DNA of 64,000 nt. Source: an uncultured Alphaproteobacteria bacterium (GTDB taxonomy: Bacteria > Pseudomonadota > Alphaproteobacteria > Rhizobiales > Methyloligellaceae). Position 1 is the first letter of the stretch, and the number at the start of each line of letters is the position of its first letter. The notes under the pieces were generated by a model. That model was not told where the DNA came from and did no database searches. It worked only from the letters and a program-made list of their open reading frames with translations. Of the stretch, positions 41,310 through 51,538 are shown in pieces. The DNA lies in assembly GCA_963732205.1 (NCBI GenBank), contig CAVSYE010000001.1, positions 264,128 through 328,127 of the forward strand, written 5' to 3'. The position numbers and the translations under genes are program-made.

Positions 41310-41714
41310 ATGGCAACCCTCAAGAACGCTGCTTTCGGTAAGGAACTCAGTTGGCATCTTTTCCAGCAGCGCGAGCGCAAGCTTCGGCGCGATTTCTGGG
41401 AGATGCTCCGGACGTTTGCAGGTCGAATACCGTTCATCGAGGATCTGGTGGCGGCGTATTACTGTGTGATGGACCCCGCAACTCCGATGCGGGTGCGTGG
41501 CATTCTACTTGCTGCTCTTGCCTATTTTGTGCTCCGCGCGCGTGCTCGGCCCTCAGCTTGGTTTCAGAAGATACCCGGTCTTGGTTTCACCGATGACGCA
41601 GCCGTCTTAGCTGCAGTGTTCGGATTCTCCTCGCACATTACCCCCGTGCATCGTGCAGCATCGGCAAGAGCACTCGGAAAGGAATTTCCCCGAGCGAATG
41701 ATTCCGCAGGATAA
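41310..41714 (+). CDS. YkvA/DUF1232 family protein, possibly degraded
   Basis: RIPF.ED..AAYYC..DP.TP; GFTDDAAVL; the expected DAIPD segment is replaced. Confidence 0.75.
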   Translation: MATLKNAAFGKELSWHLFQQRERKLRRDFWEMLRTFAGRIPFIEDLVAAYYCVMDPATPMRVRGILLAALAYFVLRARARPSAWFQKIPGLGFTDDAAVLAAVFGFSSHITPVHRAASARALGKEFPRANDSAG

Positions 41715-41722
41715 TCGGCGCG

Positions 41723-41957
41723 CTGCGCGTGGCCCGTATCAAGGAGCTCACCAACGGAATCGGCGTTGATTCGGTGCTGGAGTGCCGCCCGAGGGTGAGT
41801 GCCCTCCACCACGACGAGGTTTGGCCGGACCCGCGTTATATGCTCCCGCTTGCTGACCAACTCGCCTCGGCGCTTGACGAGCGCGGTCAGGATATCGAGC
41901 GCGCGGGGGATCGGCCCTGCCGAAAAGGATGGGACGTCTAGCAGGCTGTTGAAAAAC
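41723..41957. pseudogene. Mosaic of remnants: Zn-alcohol dehydrogenase piece (+), winged-helix regulator piece (-), IS-like end
   Basis: RIKELTNGIGVDSVLEC; RALDILTALV.RRGELVSK; CAGGCTGTTGAAAAA at ~41942. Confidence 0.5.
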
Positions 41958-42428
41958 TCGGGCAGGATTGATGGTGGCGACGCAATCAAATCCTGCGCGC
42001 CGCATCGGCAAATCTTTGTTGCGTGAGGGAATCGTCACACGAATCTAAATTGCGCCAGAGCATGCCCAAAATCCTTTTTCACCAGCCTGCTAGTGCCTTG
42101 GTTTACGTGGCTGCGTCTCGCGGATGGAAATTTTTACTCCGCCTGGATCGCACTGCCGCGCCGCTTGAATGTCGCAGAAGTGCCATAGGCAGACATTCGA
42201 CGCCGTGCCGACTAACACAGCATGGGCGGGCTAAACGAAACGAGAGTAGTAAGGAGCACCCGCTGCTGAGAAGCTCATCGGCACGTTTTCTTCTGCCGTC
42301 GTAAAGAAGCTTGCTCCGGGTGGTCATATCGGGCTTTTCATGAGGCTGCGCACCCTGGCCGAGATCTGCCGGAGATCGGACGCTGGATCCACCGTCTCCC
42401 GCGTCGGTGTCGGTTGGTCACATGCGCT

Positions 42429-43145
42429 TTAATATTGAGTCGTCTCGTCAAGCGTGGTGTTGCCCGTCAGCCAAAGGATTGCCTCGATGATGGCGTTGGT
42501 CAAACGCAGCACAAGCTGCCAGACGGCATTGAGGTCAATTCCGAGTTGCGCACCCAGCAACGGCAAAATGAATAGGATCCCGATCAGAATTATCATGCCA
42601 TAAGGTTCCAGCCGGGCCAGTGGACTCGCCAGCGCATCCGGGAGAATGCCCACCGCGATGCGCCCACCATCGAGTGGCGGCAGCGGCAACAGGTTAAAAA
42701 TGGCAAGCAGCACGTTGATGATCACCGCATTTTTGAGGTTCTCAGCGACCCATGATCTGGCCGGATCCGGTAGGAAAATGAGGAGGTGAAAGGCAAGCGC
42801 AGCGACTGTCGCTAGCGCAAGGTTCATGGCCGGGCCCGCTGCCGCAACCCAAATCGAGTCGCGACGCGGATTCCGCAGCGCTTGAAAGTTGACTGGCACC
42901 GGTTTGGCGTAGCCAAACAGGATCGGCGAACGCATCAACAACAGCAGCGCCGGCAACAAAACGGTACCAAAAGGATCGACGTGTTTTAGCGGATTGAAGC
43001 TCACGCGCCCGAGACGCCACGCGGTATAGTCGCCGAATAGTCGCGCGACATATCCGTGAGATGCTTCATGGAATGTAATGGCGATGACCAAGGGGATAAC
43101 CCAGGTCGAGGCCGTGTAGAGCGCTGTGGCGAACTGCTGAGACAT
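42429..43145 (-). CDS. Site-2 protease (M50) family protein
   Basis: HEASH; AAAGP; NLLPLPPLDG. Confidence 0.93.
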   Translation of the reverse strand: MSQQFATALYTASTWVIPLVIAITFHEASHGYVARLFGDYTAWRLGRVSFNPLKHVDPFGTVLLPALLLLMRSPILFGYAKPVPVNFQALRNPRRDSIWVAAAGPAMNLALATVAALAFHLLIFLPDPARSWVAENLKNAVIINVLLAIFNLLPLPPLDGGRIAVGILPDALASPLARLEPYGMIILIGILFILPLLGAQLGIDLNAVWQLVLRLTNAIIEAILWLTGNTTLDETTQY

Positions 43146-43257
43146 GGGATGTGGCTAAGTCGCTATGCGCTTGCCGAGCTGATCGAATAAGCCAGTTTGT
43201 TCAAGTCGCGCAGCCGGACCGCCGTTGTTCGCCTCCTAACGACGGCGGAAAGCCCCG

Positions 43258-43430
43258 TGTCCTTCCCGAAAATTCCATCTGGCCTGGATTCGCATCGTAA
43301 GGCAGAATCATCGCATCATTGCGAGCGATGTTTGCGCTCCTGTACGCGCTCGGAATGTTCGTCGCCGACCTGTTCAAGTCGCGGTGGCGGCTTGAGGCCG
43401 AGGACTTGCTTCTCCGCCATCGTCCATGGC
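43258..43430 (+). mobile_element. Left end and transposase N-terminus of an rve-type IS
   Basis: TGTCCTTCCCGAAAAT; DLFKSRWRLEAEDLLLRH. Confidence 0.7.
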
Positions 43431-43540
43431 GAACGATCGTCGAGGGCTTCCGGTCCACCGGTGCAGTCGCACCAACGGTAGATGGTCGCCCACTCGACGC
43501 ATTACACCCGAACCAAGAAAAGCGGGCGCACTGATAGCGT

Positions 43541-44530
43541 TCAAAGATCGATGACTATCCGCCCTCGCGTTTTTCCGGCAAGGATCTCAGTCGCCAGAAC
43601 AGGCACGTGCTCGAGCCTTGCCCGTGACGTCATGTTGCTGAGCTTCGCGAAATCGAGATCGTTGGCTAGACAACTCCACGCCTCTTCACGCTTCTCTCGC
43701 GGGGTTACAACCGAGTTCACTCCCGCAAGCGTCACGTCGCGGAGGATGAAGGGCATGACGGTAGCGGGCAAGTCGGAGCCCTGCGCCAAGCCGCAGGCAG
43801 CCACTGCGCCATCATATTTGACTTGCGACAGCACGTTGGCCAACGTGCTGCTACCGAGCGAGTCGATTGCGCCGGCCCAGCGTTCCTTGCCTAATGGGCT
43901 TCCAACTCCAGAGAGATCGCGAGAGTCGATGATTTCATCGGCCCCAAGTCCATGTAGGTAGTCGGCCTCCCGCTCGGCGCGGCGGGAGGAAGCGACGACG
44001 CGATAGCCGAGCTTGTCGAGGAGCGCGATCGCAACTGAGCCCACCCCGCCAGCAGCGCCGGTCACCAGCACATCGCCTCTGTCTGGAGAGATCCCCTCTT
44101 TTTCTAGCGCCAGCACGCAAAGCATGGCGGTGTACCCGGCAGTACCAATCGCCATGGCTTGGGCTGTCGAAATATTATCGGGAAGCTTGATCAGCCAGTC
44201 ACCCTTGAGACAAGCCAGCTCCGCATAGCCGCCGTGATGCGTCTCGCCTAAACCAAAACCGTTTGCCACGACGCGATCTCCGGACTGGAAGCGAGGATCC
44301 TCCGAACGCGACACCTTGCCGGCCAAATCAATGCCGGGGATGAGAGGGAATTTGCGGATGATGGGCGCTTTGCCGGTTATGGCGAGGCCATCCTTGTAGT
44401 TCACCGTCGAGTGCTCGACGGCTACGGTGACATTGCCTTCCATAAGATCCGCATCTGTTAGCTCGGTGACCTCGACGCTTTGCCGGTCGCCCTTTTTGGT
44501 CACGAGTAAGGCCCGGAACTTTTCGGTCAC
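43541..44530 (-). CDS. YhdH/AcuI-like MDR oxidoreductase
   Basis: STVNYKD, GTAGYTAML, GAAGGVG, PFILR; GGAG RBS before GTG. Confidence 0.92.
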   Translation of the reverse strand: MTEKFRALLVTKKGDRQSVEVTELTDADLMEGNVTVAVEHSTVNYKDGLAITGKAPIIRKFPLIPGIDLAGKVSRSEDPRFQSGDRVVANGFGLGETHHGGYAELACLKGDWLIKLPDNISTAQAMAIGTAGYTAMLCVLALEKEGISPDRGDVLVTGAAGGVGSVAIALLDKLGYRVVASSRRAEREADYLHGLGADEIIDSRDLSGVGSPLGKERWAGAIDSLGSSTLANVLSQVKYDGAVAACGLAQGSDLPATVMPFILRDVTLAGVNSVVTPREKREEAWSCLANDLDFAKLSNMTSRARLEHVPVLATEILAGKTRGRIVIDL

Positions 44531-44878
44531 ATCATTCTCCGTGGGGTGTCCCGGTCGCGGGCGGCCGCGGCAACCCATAGATAGAGAGAGGTATGCCCTC
44601 TCCAGCGTAGTCGACGAGTTCGGCAAGAACGGGGGCATCGCCAATGGTCGCAGGGCGGAACATAGGATTGCTGAGAGGATGGACCAGCTTGCACTGTCAT
44701 GGGTTGAAAGGCATGAGGGTTAAGGCATGAAGCAAATAAAAAGGAGACGCATAAACCTGCACCGCAAGCGCCACCCAGCAAAGCTGCGGAAGCGCGAACT
44801 AGCTTGCCGAGTGCGGCGCTCGCGGCGAGGGGAGGGGCAATGATGGGAGTTCCCCCAACCGACCGTCGAGGCTTGAGG

Positions 44879-45058
44879 TTATCTCTTCTCAGGCTTTCTC
44901 GCTTTCACGGAGCCGACCTTCGTCCTACCCCTTCCAGCTTCGACCGCTGCCATCCGCGTTTGCGCTCTGAGCATTAGCGCGGCTTGGCGCGCTTTGTGCG
45001 ATGCTCTGCGCTGGCTCGCTCTACGCTTCATCTCCTTGGCTCTGTGCGCACCCCGCAT
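44879..45058 (-). CDS. Small, highly basic hypothetical protein
   Basis: 59 aa, Arg/Lys-rich; GGAGG RBS. Confidence 0.45.
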   Translation of the reverse strand: MRGAHRAKEMKRRASQRRASHKARQAALMLRAQTRMAAVEAGRGRTKVGSVKARKPEKR

Positions 45059-45124
45059 AGCGTCCTCCATAGGCCGTTGGCGTCTTACAGCCGAGTGCCG
45101 AAGCTGAACCCTCAACGTCCAGCC

Positions 45125-45142
45125 GGGACTGTCACAGTAACA
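45125..45142 (+). mobile_element. Orphan IS6-like terminal repeat
   Basis: GGGACTGTCACAGTAAC resembles GGCAATGTCACAGTAAC, the end of the IS6 at 56613. Confidence 0.5.
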
Positions 45143-45232
45143 CACTGGCTTGGTACGGACGGGCCGGATAGCATTCGCTTATGGACAAGCTTTCATACCG
45201 CCGCGGCCGATTGACCTAGCCGCACCCCTTGA

Positions 45233-46996
45233 TCAGCTGCCTGTGAAGGTCAGCAGCTTGCGCGCCCTGGCCGGGTCGCTCAGCTTCCGGAGCGCCTTCG
45301 CTTCGATCTGGCGGATGCGTTCGCGGGTCACGCCGAACATCTTACCTACCTGTTCGAGCGTGTGGTCGGGCATTCCGATCCCGAACCGCATCCGCAAAAT
45401 GCGCTCCTCGCGGGGCGTCAGCTCAGCCAGGACCTCCGCCACGCATTCTCGGAGCGCGGCAGCCTCCGCCACGGTGTGAGGATTGATAGCGTCGGGCGCC
45501 TCGATGAGATCGGCCAAGGTGGCATCGCCATCCTCGCCGATTGGAACATCAAGGGAAGTGGGGTCTTGCACCAGCGACAGCACCTGCTCGACTTGAGCCT
45601 TTGCAATGCCCGAGCGTGCAGCAATCTCGTCGGTCCCTGGCTCGTGCCCGTGCTGCTGATGAAACTTGCTCCGCTCACGATGAACCTTCCTTGCGGTTTG
45701 CGCCATGCGCACGGGGACGCGAATCATGCGGCCCTGGTCGGCCATAGCGCTCGTGATCGACTGGCGGATCCACCAAACGGCATAGGTCGAGAGCTTGACG
45801 CCACGTCGATAGTTGTACTTTTCGACCGCACGCATGAGACCGAGATTGCCTTCCTGGATAAGATCGGAAAGCTCCAGGGAGCTGTGATCTCGATACTTCT
45901 TGGCGATGGCAACCACGAGACGGAGATGCGCACGCACCATCTCCTGGCGCAGCCGCTTCAGCTCTCGCCCGGCCTGGTAGACCTCCGTAAGGACAAGACG
46001 CAGCTCAGAGAGCGGCAAACCCAGCCGCCGGGCTATAGCCTCGAAGTCTGCACGAAGCTCGGCCGGACGCTGCGCATGCGTTTTCATAAGAGCGCACCAG
46101 CCTCGGTCGGATAGAGATGCAGCCTCGCCGATCCAGTCCGGATCGAGCTCGCGCCCAAAGAGTTGGTCGATCACCTCAGCGCGCGCGATGCCGCAGCCTT
46201 CGGCCAGCCGCAACAGCTCTCGCTCCGTCCGGCATAGACTCCGGGCCTCGGTGTCGACCTCTGCCACAAGATCCGAAATCCGGTCCTGCTGCAGATGCAG
46301 GCCCGCAATATCCGCCATGGCGCGCGACAGAAGCTCGTCAAGCCGCCTGCGTTCACGCCGTGAAAGCTCCTTCCCACGGGCGAGCGCCGCGATGCGCTTC
46401 CGAGCAAGACCGGCGATCTCGGCACTCAGGGCGGCGATGAGTTCAAGCCGTGGGATGAAGTCCACCGCTTCGGCGCTTACGTCGAGGCTACCATCATCGC
46501 CAAGGAGATCGTCTTCGGCCGCTTCGCGCTCATCCGACGGAACGGCATCAAGCAAATAACTCAAGCGAAGGCGACCCGCGCGCAATTCGTCTCCCCAGGC
46601 ACCAACTCGCTCGACGATCAGCGGAATTCGGCATAGGCAGATCAGCAAGGCCCGCTGGGCCTCATCGATCCGCTTGGCGAGCGCGAGCTCCTCGCCGCGG
46701 GACAGCAACTCGGCATTGTCGAGGTTACGGAAGTACGCATCGAGAGGGTCACGCGAGCGCGGCGCATCGTCGACCTGATTGGCGATGCTGCCGGTGGCGG
46801 CTGCGCCATCCCGGCGCATGGCCACGCCGGGTTCGAGCCTGTCCGAGTTAAGCTCGTGACTTGAATCGATCCCAGCTACTTTGGCGCGCCAGAAAGCGGC
46901 GACGTCGGCTGGACGCTCAACGGCGGAGCCGTCGTACTCCACTTCAAATTGGTGGTGCCTCATCGAATCCATTTGGTCAAATTCCTTCGAGCGCAC
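45233..46996 (-). CDS. RpoD-like sigma-70 paralogue with non-conserved region, no recognisable region 1.1
   Basis: DPLDAYF; [14 protein letters not shown]; [10 protein letters not shown]; [16 protein letters not shown]. Confidence 0.9.
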   Translation of the reverse strand: MRSKEFDQMDSMRHHQFEVEYDGSAVERPADVAAFWRAKVAGIDSSHELNSDRLEPGVAMRRDGAAATGSIANQVDDAPRSRDPLDAYFRNLDNAELLSRGEELALAKRIDEAQRALLICLCRIPLIVERVGAWGDELRAGRLRLSYLLDAVPSDEREAAEDDLLGDDGSLDVSAEAVDFIPRLELIAALSAEIAGLARKRIAALARGKELSRRERRRLDELLSRAMADIAGLHLQQDRISDLVAEVDTEARSLCRTERELLRLAEGCGIARAEVIDQLFGRELDPDWIGEAASLSDRGWCALMKTHAQRPAELRADFEAIARRLGLPLSELRLVLTEVYQAGRELKRLRQEMVRAHLRLVVAIAKKYRDHSSLELSDLIQEGNLGLMRAVEKYNYRRGVKLSTYAVWWIRQSITSAMADQGRMIRVPVRMAQTARKVHRERSKFHQQHGHEPGTDEIAARSGIAKAQVEQVLSLVQDPTSLDVPIGEDGDATLADLIEAPDAINPHTVAEAAALRECVAEVLAELTPREERILRMRFGIGMPDHTLEQVGKMFGVTRERIRQIEAKALRKLSDPARARKLLTFTGS

Positions 46997-47107
46997 CCGG
47001 CATAGCGGCCGGGCAAGAGCGGTAACGCCCTGGCCAGGAAGAGCCAGAGTTGCTTAGCGCCGCTTTGCCGATTGAGATCTTCGGGGATAGTGGCACGAGC
47101 GAACTAA

Positions 47108-47160
47108 GTTTCGAAACAAAATTATACCCGTCCGATCGGTTGTCAACTTGATTTCGAAAC
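47108..47160. promoter_or_regulatory. Two putative MarR operators
   Basis: GTTTCGAAAC (47108-47117) and ATTTCGAAAC (47151-47160) between the divergent sigma and marR genes. Confidence 0.55.
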
Positions 47161-47186
47161 ACTATCATGTTTTCAAAGAGGCAATC

Positions 47187-47780
47187 ATGTCAGCGCGCGA
47201 AACGGCGGAACGGCTGCTGCTGCTGGGACGGCTCGTGCAAGCCGAGGGCTATCACGGCGACCTCTGCCCCGCCCAATGGATGGCGCTGCGCTTCTTCGCC
47301 CGCGCCAACTCTTTTTCCCGCACCCCATCCGCATTCGCGGAATTTCAAGCGACCACCCGTGGCACCGCGACACAGACCATCAAGGCGCTTGAGACAGGTG
47401 GGTACTTGGTCCGACAGCGATCGGAGGCGGACGGGCGAAGCGTCAGTCTGCGACTGACGGACAAAGGTCACGAAGCGGTTGCGCGCGATCCGTTCGAAGT
47501 TCTGGTGTGCGCCGTGGACTCGCTCGATGCGGAAGAGCAAACCGCGATGCACCACGCCCTACACCAAGTGCTGACCACGGTAGCTGCGAGCGGGCCGCAT
47601 CGGCACTTCGGTGTTTGCCAGGACTGCGCGCACCTCGGTGAGGAACCCTCCTGCAGCTCAACGAGCGCGACCCGGCCGGCCCTCGAATGCCTACTGTTCG
47701 GCGTTGCGATCGAGCCAGAGGACGCTGGTCTTCTCTGCGTCCATTTTCAGCCAACGAACGAACGAGCACCGCGATGGTAG
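47187..47780 (+). CDS. MarR-family regulator with Cys-rich C-terminal extension
   Basis: Winged helix (DGRSVSLRLT); CQDC...C...C...C tail. Confidence 0.85.
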   Translation: MSARETAERLLLLGRLVQAEGYHGDLCPAQWMALRFFARANSFSRTPSAFAEFQATTRGTATQTIKALETGGYLVRQRSEADGRSVSLRLTDKGHEAVARDPFEVLVCAVDSLDAEEQTAMHHALHQVLTTVAASGPHRHFGVCQDCAHLGEEPSCSSTSATRPALECLLFGVAIEPEDAGLLCVHFQPTNERAPRW

Positions 47781-47826
47781 ACACCATGAATGAGTGCACC
47801 CCTGCGATCTGCTGTAAGGCGCTCAA

Positions 47827-47887
47827 ATGCCCTACGCCGTCAACAAAAGCTGCATCAGTGCAAGTACATGGACTGTGTCGAGGTGTG
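47827..47887 (+). pseudogene. Ferredoxin (FdxA-like) 5' remnant
   Basis: MPYAVNKSCI / CKYMDCVEV matches the start of fdxA at 63093 with an indel. Confidence 0.7.
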
Positions 47888-47940
47888 GAGGCCAGGGCTG
47901 CCGACGTGGTGTCTCCTGCCGCAGATGAGCTGCAAGACCC

Positions 47941-48381
47941 ATGACGCTCGAGAACATCCTTGCGGACTTCCAGCTCCTGGATGACTGGGAGGACCGCTAT
48001 CGCTATGTGATCGAGCTCGGCCGCGCTCTGCCTCGGCTGCCGGAAGCGGCGCGAACGGCGGCGAACAAAGTTCGCGGCTGCGCCAGTCAGGTCTGGCTCG
48101 CGACCGAGGTCAATGGCGCCACCGCCGGGGCCGCGCCGCGCCTCAACTTCAAGGGCGACAGTGACGCCCATATCGTGCGGGGACTGATCGCCATCCTCTT
48201 TGCGATCTACTCGGGCCGGCGCGCGGACGAGATCGTTCGGATCGATGCGGAGGGCGTGTTCCGGCGTCTCGGGTTGGCCGAGCACTTGACGCCGCAGCGC
48301 TCGAACGGATTCGCCTCGATGGTCGAGCGGATCTGCACCGACGCCCGCGGCGTCATGAGCAGAGAGGCGACGGCAGCCTGA
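47941..48381 (+). CDS. sufE: Fe-S metabolism protein SufE
   Basis: WEDRYRYVIELG; VRGCASQVWL; DSDAHIVRGL. Confidence 0.93.
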   Translation: MTLENILADFQLLDDWEDRYRYVIELGRALPRLPEAARTAANKVRGCASQVWLATEVNGATAGAAPRLNFKGDSDAHIVRGLIAILFAIYSGRRADEIVRIDAEGVFRRLGLAEHLTPQRSNGFASMVERICTDARGVMSREATAA

Positions 48382-48443
48382 GCCGCGCACGCACCCACAA
48401 ACAACGATCCATTGAGTCTGTTCAATCTTGTGAGGAAGGCGTG

Positions 48444-48866
48444 ATGACATTCATAGCAGAGAACCTCGCCGTAACGACGAACCCCGATGGGAACCGCCTT
48501 CAGACGATCGCTTCACGGCTTCGGAAGCACCTGCAAAAGATCGCCGGGCGGCGTGTTCCGACCACCTACCAAGAGCTTGCAAAGGCACTGGCGCTGACGC
48601 CCCCGCACAGGATTCATCAGGTGAGCGAGGCGTTGGAGCATCTCATGGCGGAGGATGCGGCGACCGATCGCCCGTTCATTGCCGCCATCGCCATCAGCAA
48701 GGCGCGGGGCGGCCTACCGGCCCCAGGGTTCTTTGATTACGCCCGGCGGCTCGGACGCTGTGCCGGCGATGCGGCAGGACTCGAGGCGTGCGCCTTCCAT
48801 GCGCGGGAGTTAAACGCCGCAGTCACGTTCTGGGCGGCAACGGCAACCAATGGCAAGAGCGGGTAA
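48444..48866 (+). CDS. Hypothetical protein, possibly winged-helix-like
   Basis: TTYQELAKAL; GLPAPGFF; in operon context. Confidence 0.65.
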   Translation: MTFIAENLAVTTNPDGNRLQTIASRLRKHLQKIAGRRVPTTYQELAKALALTPPHRIHQVSEALEHLMAEDAATDRPFIAAIAISKARGGLPAPGFFDYARRLGRCAGDAAGLEACAFHARELNAAVTFWAATATNGKSG

Positions 48867-48872
48867 ACAGGC

Positions 48873-50258
48873 ATGGTCCTTCGCTCGGATCAGGCGTCGG
48901 ATTCGACCCGGTTGAGGCCCGTGTCGCGCGGCAGCGTGGGCGGCTGGCCGCACGTGGTCATTGTTGGCGCCGGGTTCGGCGGCCTGACCGCCGCGAAAGG
49001 GCTCGCCAAGGCAGCCGTCGAGGTCACCCTGATCGATCGCGAGAACCACCACCTGTTTCAGCCGCTGCTCTACCAAGTAGCCACCGCGGGTCTATCCCCG
49101 GCGGAGATCGCTTGGCCGATCCGGGGTCTGGTCCGGGGGCAACGCAACACCCGGGTGCTGCTCGGCGAGGTCACCGGCGTGGAGCGCGGGCGGCACGTTG
49201 TGACTATGGGCGACCAGGAGGTTCCTTATGACTTTCTGGTGCTCGCGACAGGCGCGACCCATGCCTACTTCGGCAACGACGGCTGGGCCGAGCTTGCACC
49301 CGGCCTGAAGTCCATCGACGATGCCACAGAGATTCGGCGCCGCCTCCTCATGGCGTTCGAGCGGGCCGAGATGGAGAACGATCCGGAAGAGCGCGAACGG
49401 CTCCTCACCATTGTCATCGTCGGCGGTGGCCCGACTGGCGTGGAGATGGCCGGCGCTATTGCGGAACTGACCCGCAGGGCGCTCGCGGCCGACTTCCGGA
49501 CCATCGATCCCAGGCACACGCGGGTGCTGCTGATCGAGGCCGGGCCAAGGCTACTCCCGACCTTCCCCGAAGACCTATCCCGCTATGCCGAGCGTGCACT
49601 CCGGAGCTTGGGCGTCGAAGTGTGGCTTGGGCGTGCGATCACAGGCTGTGACGCGGCCGGTGTAACGCTGCATGAGGAGCGCCTTCCCGCGGGCACGGTA
49701 ATCTGGGCGGCCGGGGTGGCCGCATCGCCGGCAGCCGCGTGGCTGGGGGTCGAGGCGGACCGCGCGGGACGGGTGAAGGTCGGCGCACGACTGACGCTGC
49801 CAGGATCCGACGACGTCTTCGTGATCGGCGATACCGCCCTCGTGCTTGACGCGAACGGTGAACCGCTCCCGGGATTGGCTCCGGTCGCAAAGCAAGAAGG
49901 CGCCTACGTGGCCGAGGTGATCAAGGCGCGCCTTGCCGGCAAGACCCACGTGCCGCCCTTTGGTTATCGGGAGCGGGGCAAGCTCGCCACGATCGGCCGA
50001 CGGGCGGCAATCATCGCGTTCGCAGGCCTGCGGCTAAAGGGGTGGCTTGCCTGGTGGATCTGGGGCATCGCCCACATCTACTTCCTGATCAGCCTTCGCA
50101 ATCGGCTGATCGTGGCGACGCAATGGCTCTGGTCCTACGTCACTTTTGAGCGCGGCGCGCGGCTGATCACCGGCATGCATCTGAACCCCAAGCGTGACGG
50201 GCACGGTCGTCGCGGCGACGACAGCGCTCGCCCACTCCCACGCCGAAGAGCCGCCTAG
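48873..50258 (+). CDS. ndh: Type II NADH dehydrogenase-like FAD oxidoreductase
   Basis: GAGFGG; HLFQPLLYQVAT; GGGPTGVE; APVAKQEG. Confidence 0.9.
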   Translation: MVLRSDQASDSTRLRPVSRGSVGGWPHVVIVGAGFGGLTAAKGLAKAAVEVTLIDRENHHLFQPLLYQVATAGLSPAEIAWPIRGLVRGQRNTRVLLGEVTGVERGRHVVTMGDQEVPYDFLVLATGATHAYFGNDGWAELAPGLKSIDDATEIRRRLLMAFERAEMENDPEERERLLTIVIVGGGPTGVEMAGAIAELTRRALAADFRTIDPRHTRVLLIEAGPRLLPTFPEDLSRYAERALRSLGVEVWLGRAITGCDAAGVTLHEERLPAGTVIWAAGVAASPAAAWLGVEADRAGRVKVGARLTLPGSDDVFVIGDTALVLDANGEPLPGLAPVAKQEGAYVAEVIKARLAGKTHVPPFGYRERGKLATIGRRAAIIAFAGLRLKGWLAWWIWGIAHIYFLISLRNRLIVATQWLWSYVTFERGARLITGMHLNPKRDGHGRRGDDSARPLPRRRAA

Positions 50259-50281
50259 TCGAGATGTCGAGGAACCGAGGT

Positions 50282-51538
50282 ATGCAGACGACCAACCCGC
50301 ACCACGATCAGCAGCACGCGCCTGGCGCGTCGTCCCAAGCATCTGCCGGTCCAGAGAAGCTACCTGGGATCCGCCACATCATCGCGGTGGGCAGCGGCAA
50401 AGGCGGCGTGGGCAAGTCCACGGTCAGCGTGAATCTCGCGTTCGCGCTCCAACAGATCGGGGGCAGGATCGGACTCCTGGATGCTGACATCCTCGGCCCG
50501 AGCATCCCTGGCATGCTGGGGCTTCCGGTCGGTCAGCCGCCCACGACCACACCGGACGGCAAGATCGTCCCCGTCGATCGCCACAGCCTAAAAGTGATGT
50601 CGATGGGCATGCTGACCGGGGACGACGCGCCGGCGGTTCTGCGCGGGCCGATGGTGGGCAAATATCTTCACATGTTCATCCGGGGGGTGCAGTGGGGACA
50701 TCTGGACTACTTGATTCTCGACCTCCCGCCCGGAACAGGCGACACCCAGCTGACGCTGGCGCAGAGCTACCCTTTGTCGGGTGCGATCATCGTGACGACG
50801 CCGCAGGACGTGAGCCTGAAGATCGCCCGCCGTGGTTTGCGAATGTTCGAGACCGTGCATGTCCCCATCCTCGGCATCATTGAGAACATGAGCACCTTCA
50901 CTTGTCCTCACTGCGGGAAGGGCACAGATATCTTCCGTCGCGGCGGCGGCGAGCAGATGAGCCGGCAACTCGAAGTCCCGTTTCTAGGCGCCATCCCACT
51001 CGACGCCGATGTCGTCACCTGCGGTGACGAGGGTCGCCCCATCGTGGTCGACAGGCCCAAGTCGGTCGCCGCCCGGGCGTACGCTGCCATCGCCGCGGCG
51101 CTCGCGGAGCAACTCCATGCCGCTCCGGCCACTGTGCTGAAGCCCTTTGTATGGACATGGGACAGCAATGAGGGCGCCCCGGCCTGGATGGAGGACGCCG
51201 TTTTGCCCTCGGGCTCTCGAACCACCGCGATTGGCTGGCGCCGGCGCGACGCTCGAACGCTGTCCGTGCTCTGGGAGAACGGCGACCGAAACGACTTTGA
51301 TGTCCGGGACCTCCGATTGGCGTGCCGATGCGCCCTCTGTGTCGAAGAGATGAGCGGGCGCCCTCTCCTGGATCCGAAGAGCGTGCGACCGGACGTGACC
51401 CCCCGCACCGTCACGAGCGTGGGCAACTACGCCATCACCATCAGCTGGAGCGACGGTCACAGCACGGGGATCTACTCGTTCGAGCACCTGCGGGCCTTCG
51501 GTGAACGCGGCGCAGCCAGGGTTGTGGAAGATGTCTGA
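50282..51538 (+). CDS. mrp: Mrp/ApbC P-loop Fe-S carrier fused to a C-terminal DUF971-like domain
   Basis: GKGGVGKST; DLPPGTGD; CPHC; C-terminal CRCALC...GNYAI...WSDGHSTGIY. Confidence 0.9.
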   Translation: MQTTNPHHDQQHAPGASSQASAGPEKLPGIRHIIAVGSGKGGVGKSTVSVNLAFALQQIGGRIGLLDADILGPSIPGMLGLPVGQPPTTTPDGKIVPVDRHSLKVMSMGMLTGDDAPAVLRGPMVGKYLHMFIRGVQWGHLDYLILDLPPGTGDTQLTLAQSYPLSGAIIVTTPQDVSLKIARRGLRMFETVHVPILGIIENMSTFTCPHCGKGTDIFRRGGGEQMSRQLEVPFLGAIPLDADVVTCGDEGRPIVVDRPKSVAARAYAAIAAALAEQLHAAPATVLKPFVWTWDSNEGAPAWMEDAVLPSGSRTTAIGWRRRDARTLSVLWENGDRNDFDVRDLRLACRCALCVEEMSGRPLLDPKSVRPDVTPRTVTSVGNYAITISWSDGHSTGIYSFEHLRAFGERGAARVVEDV

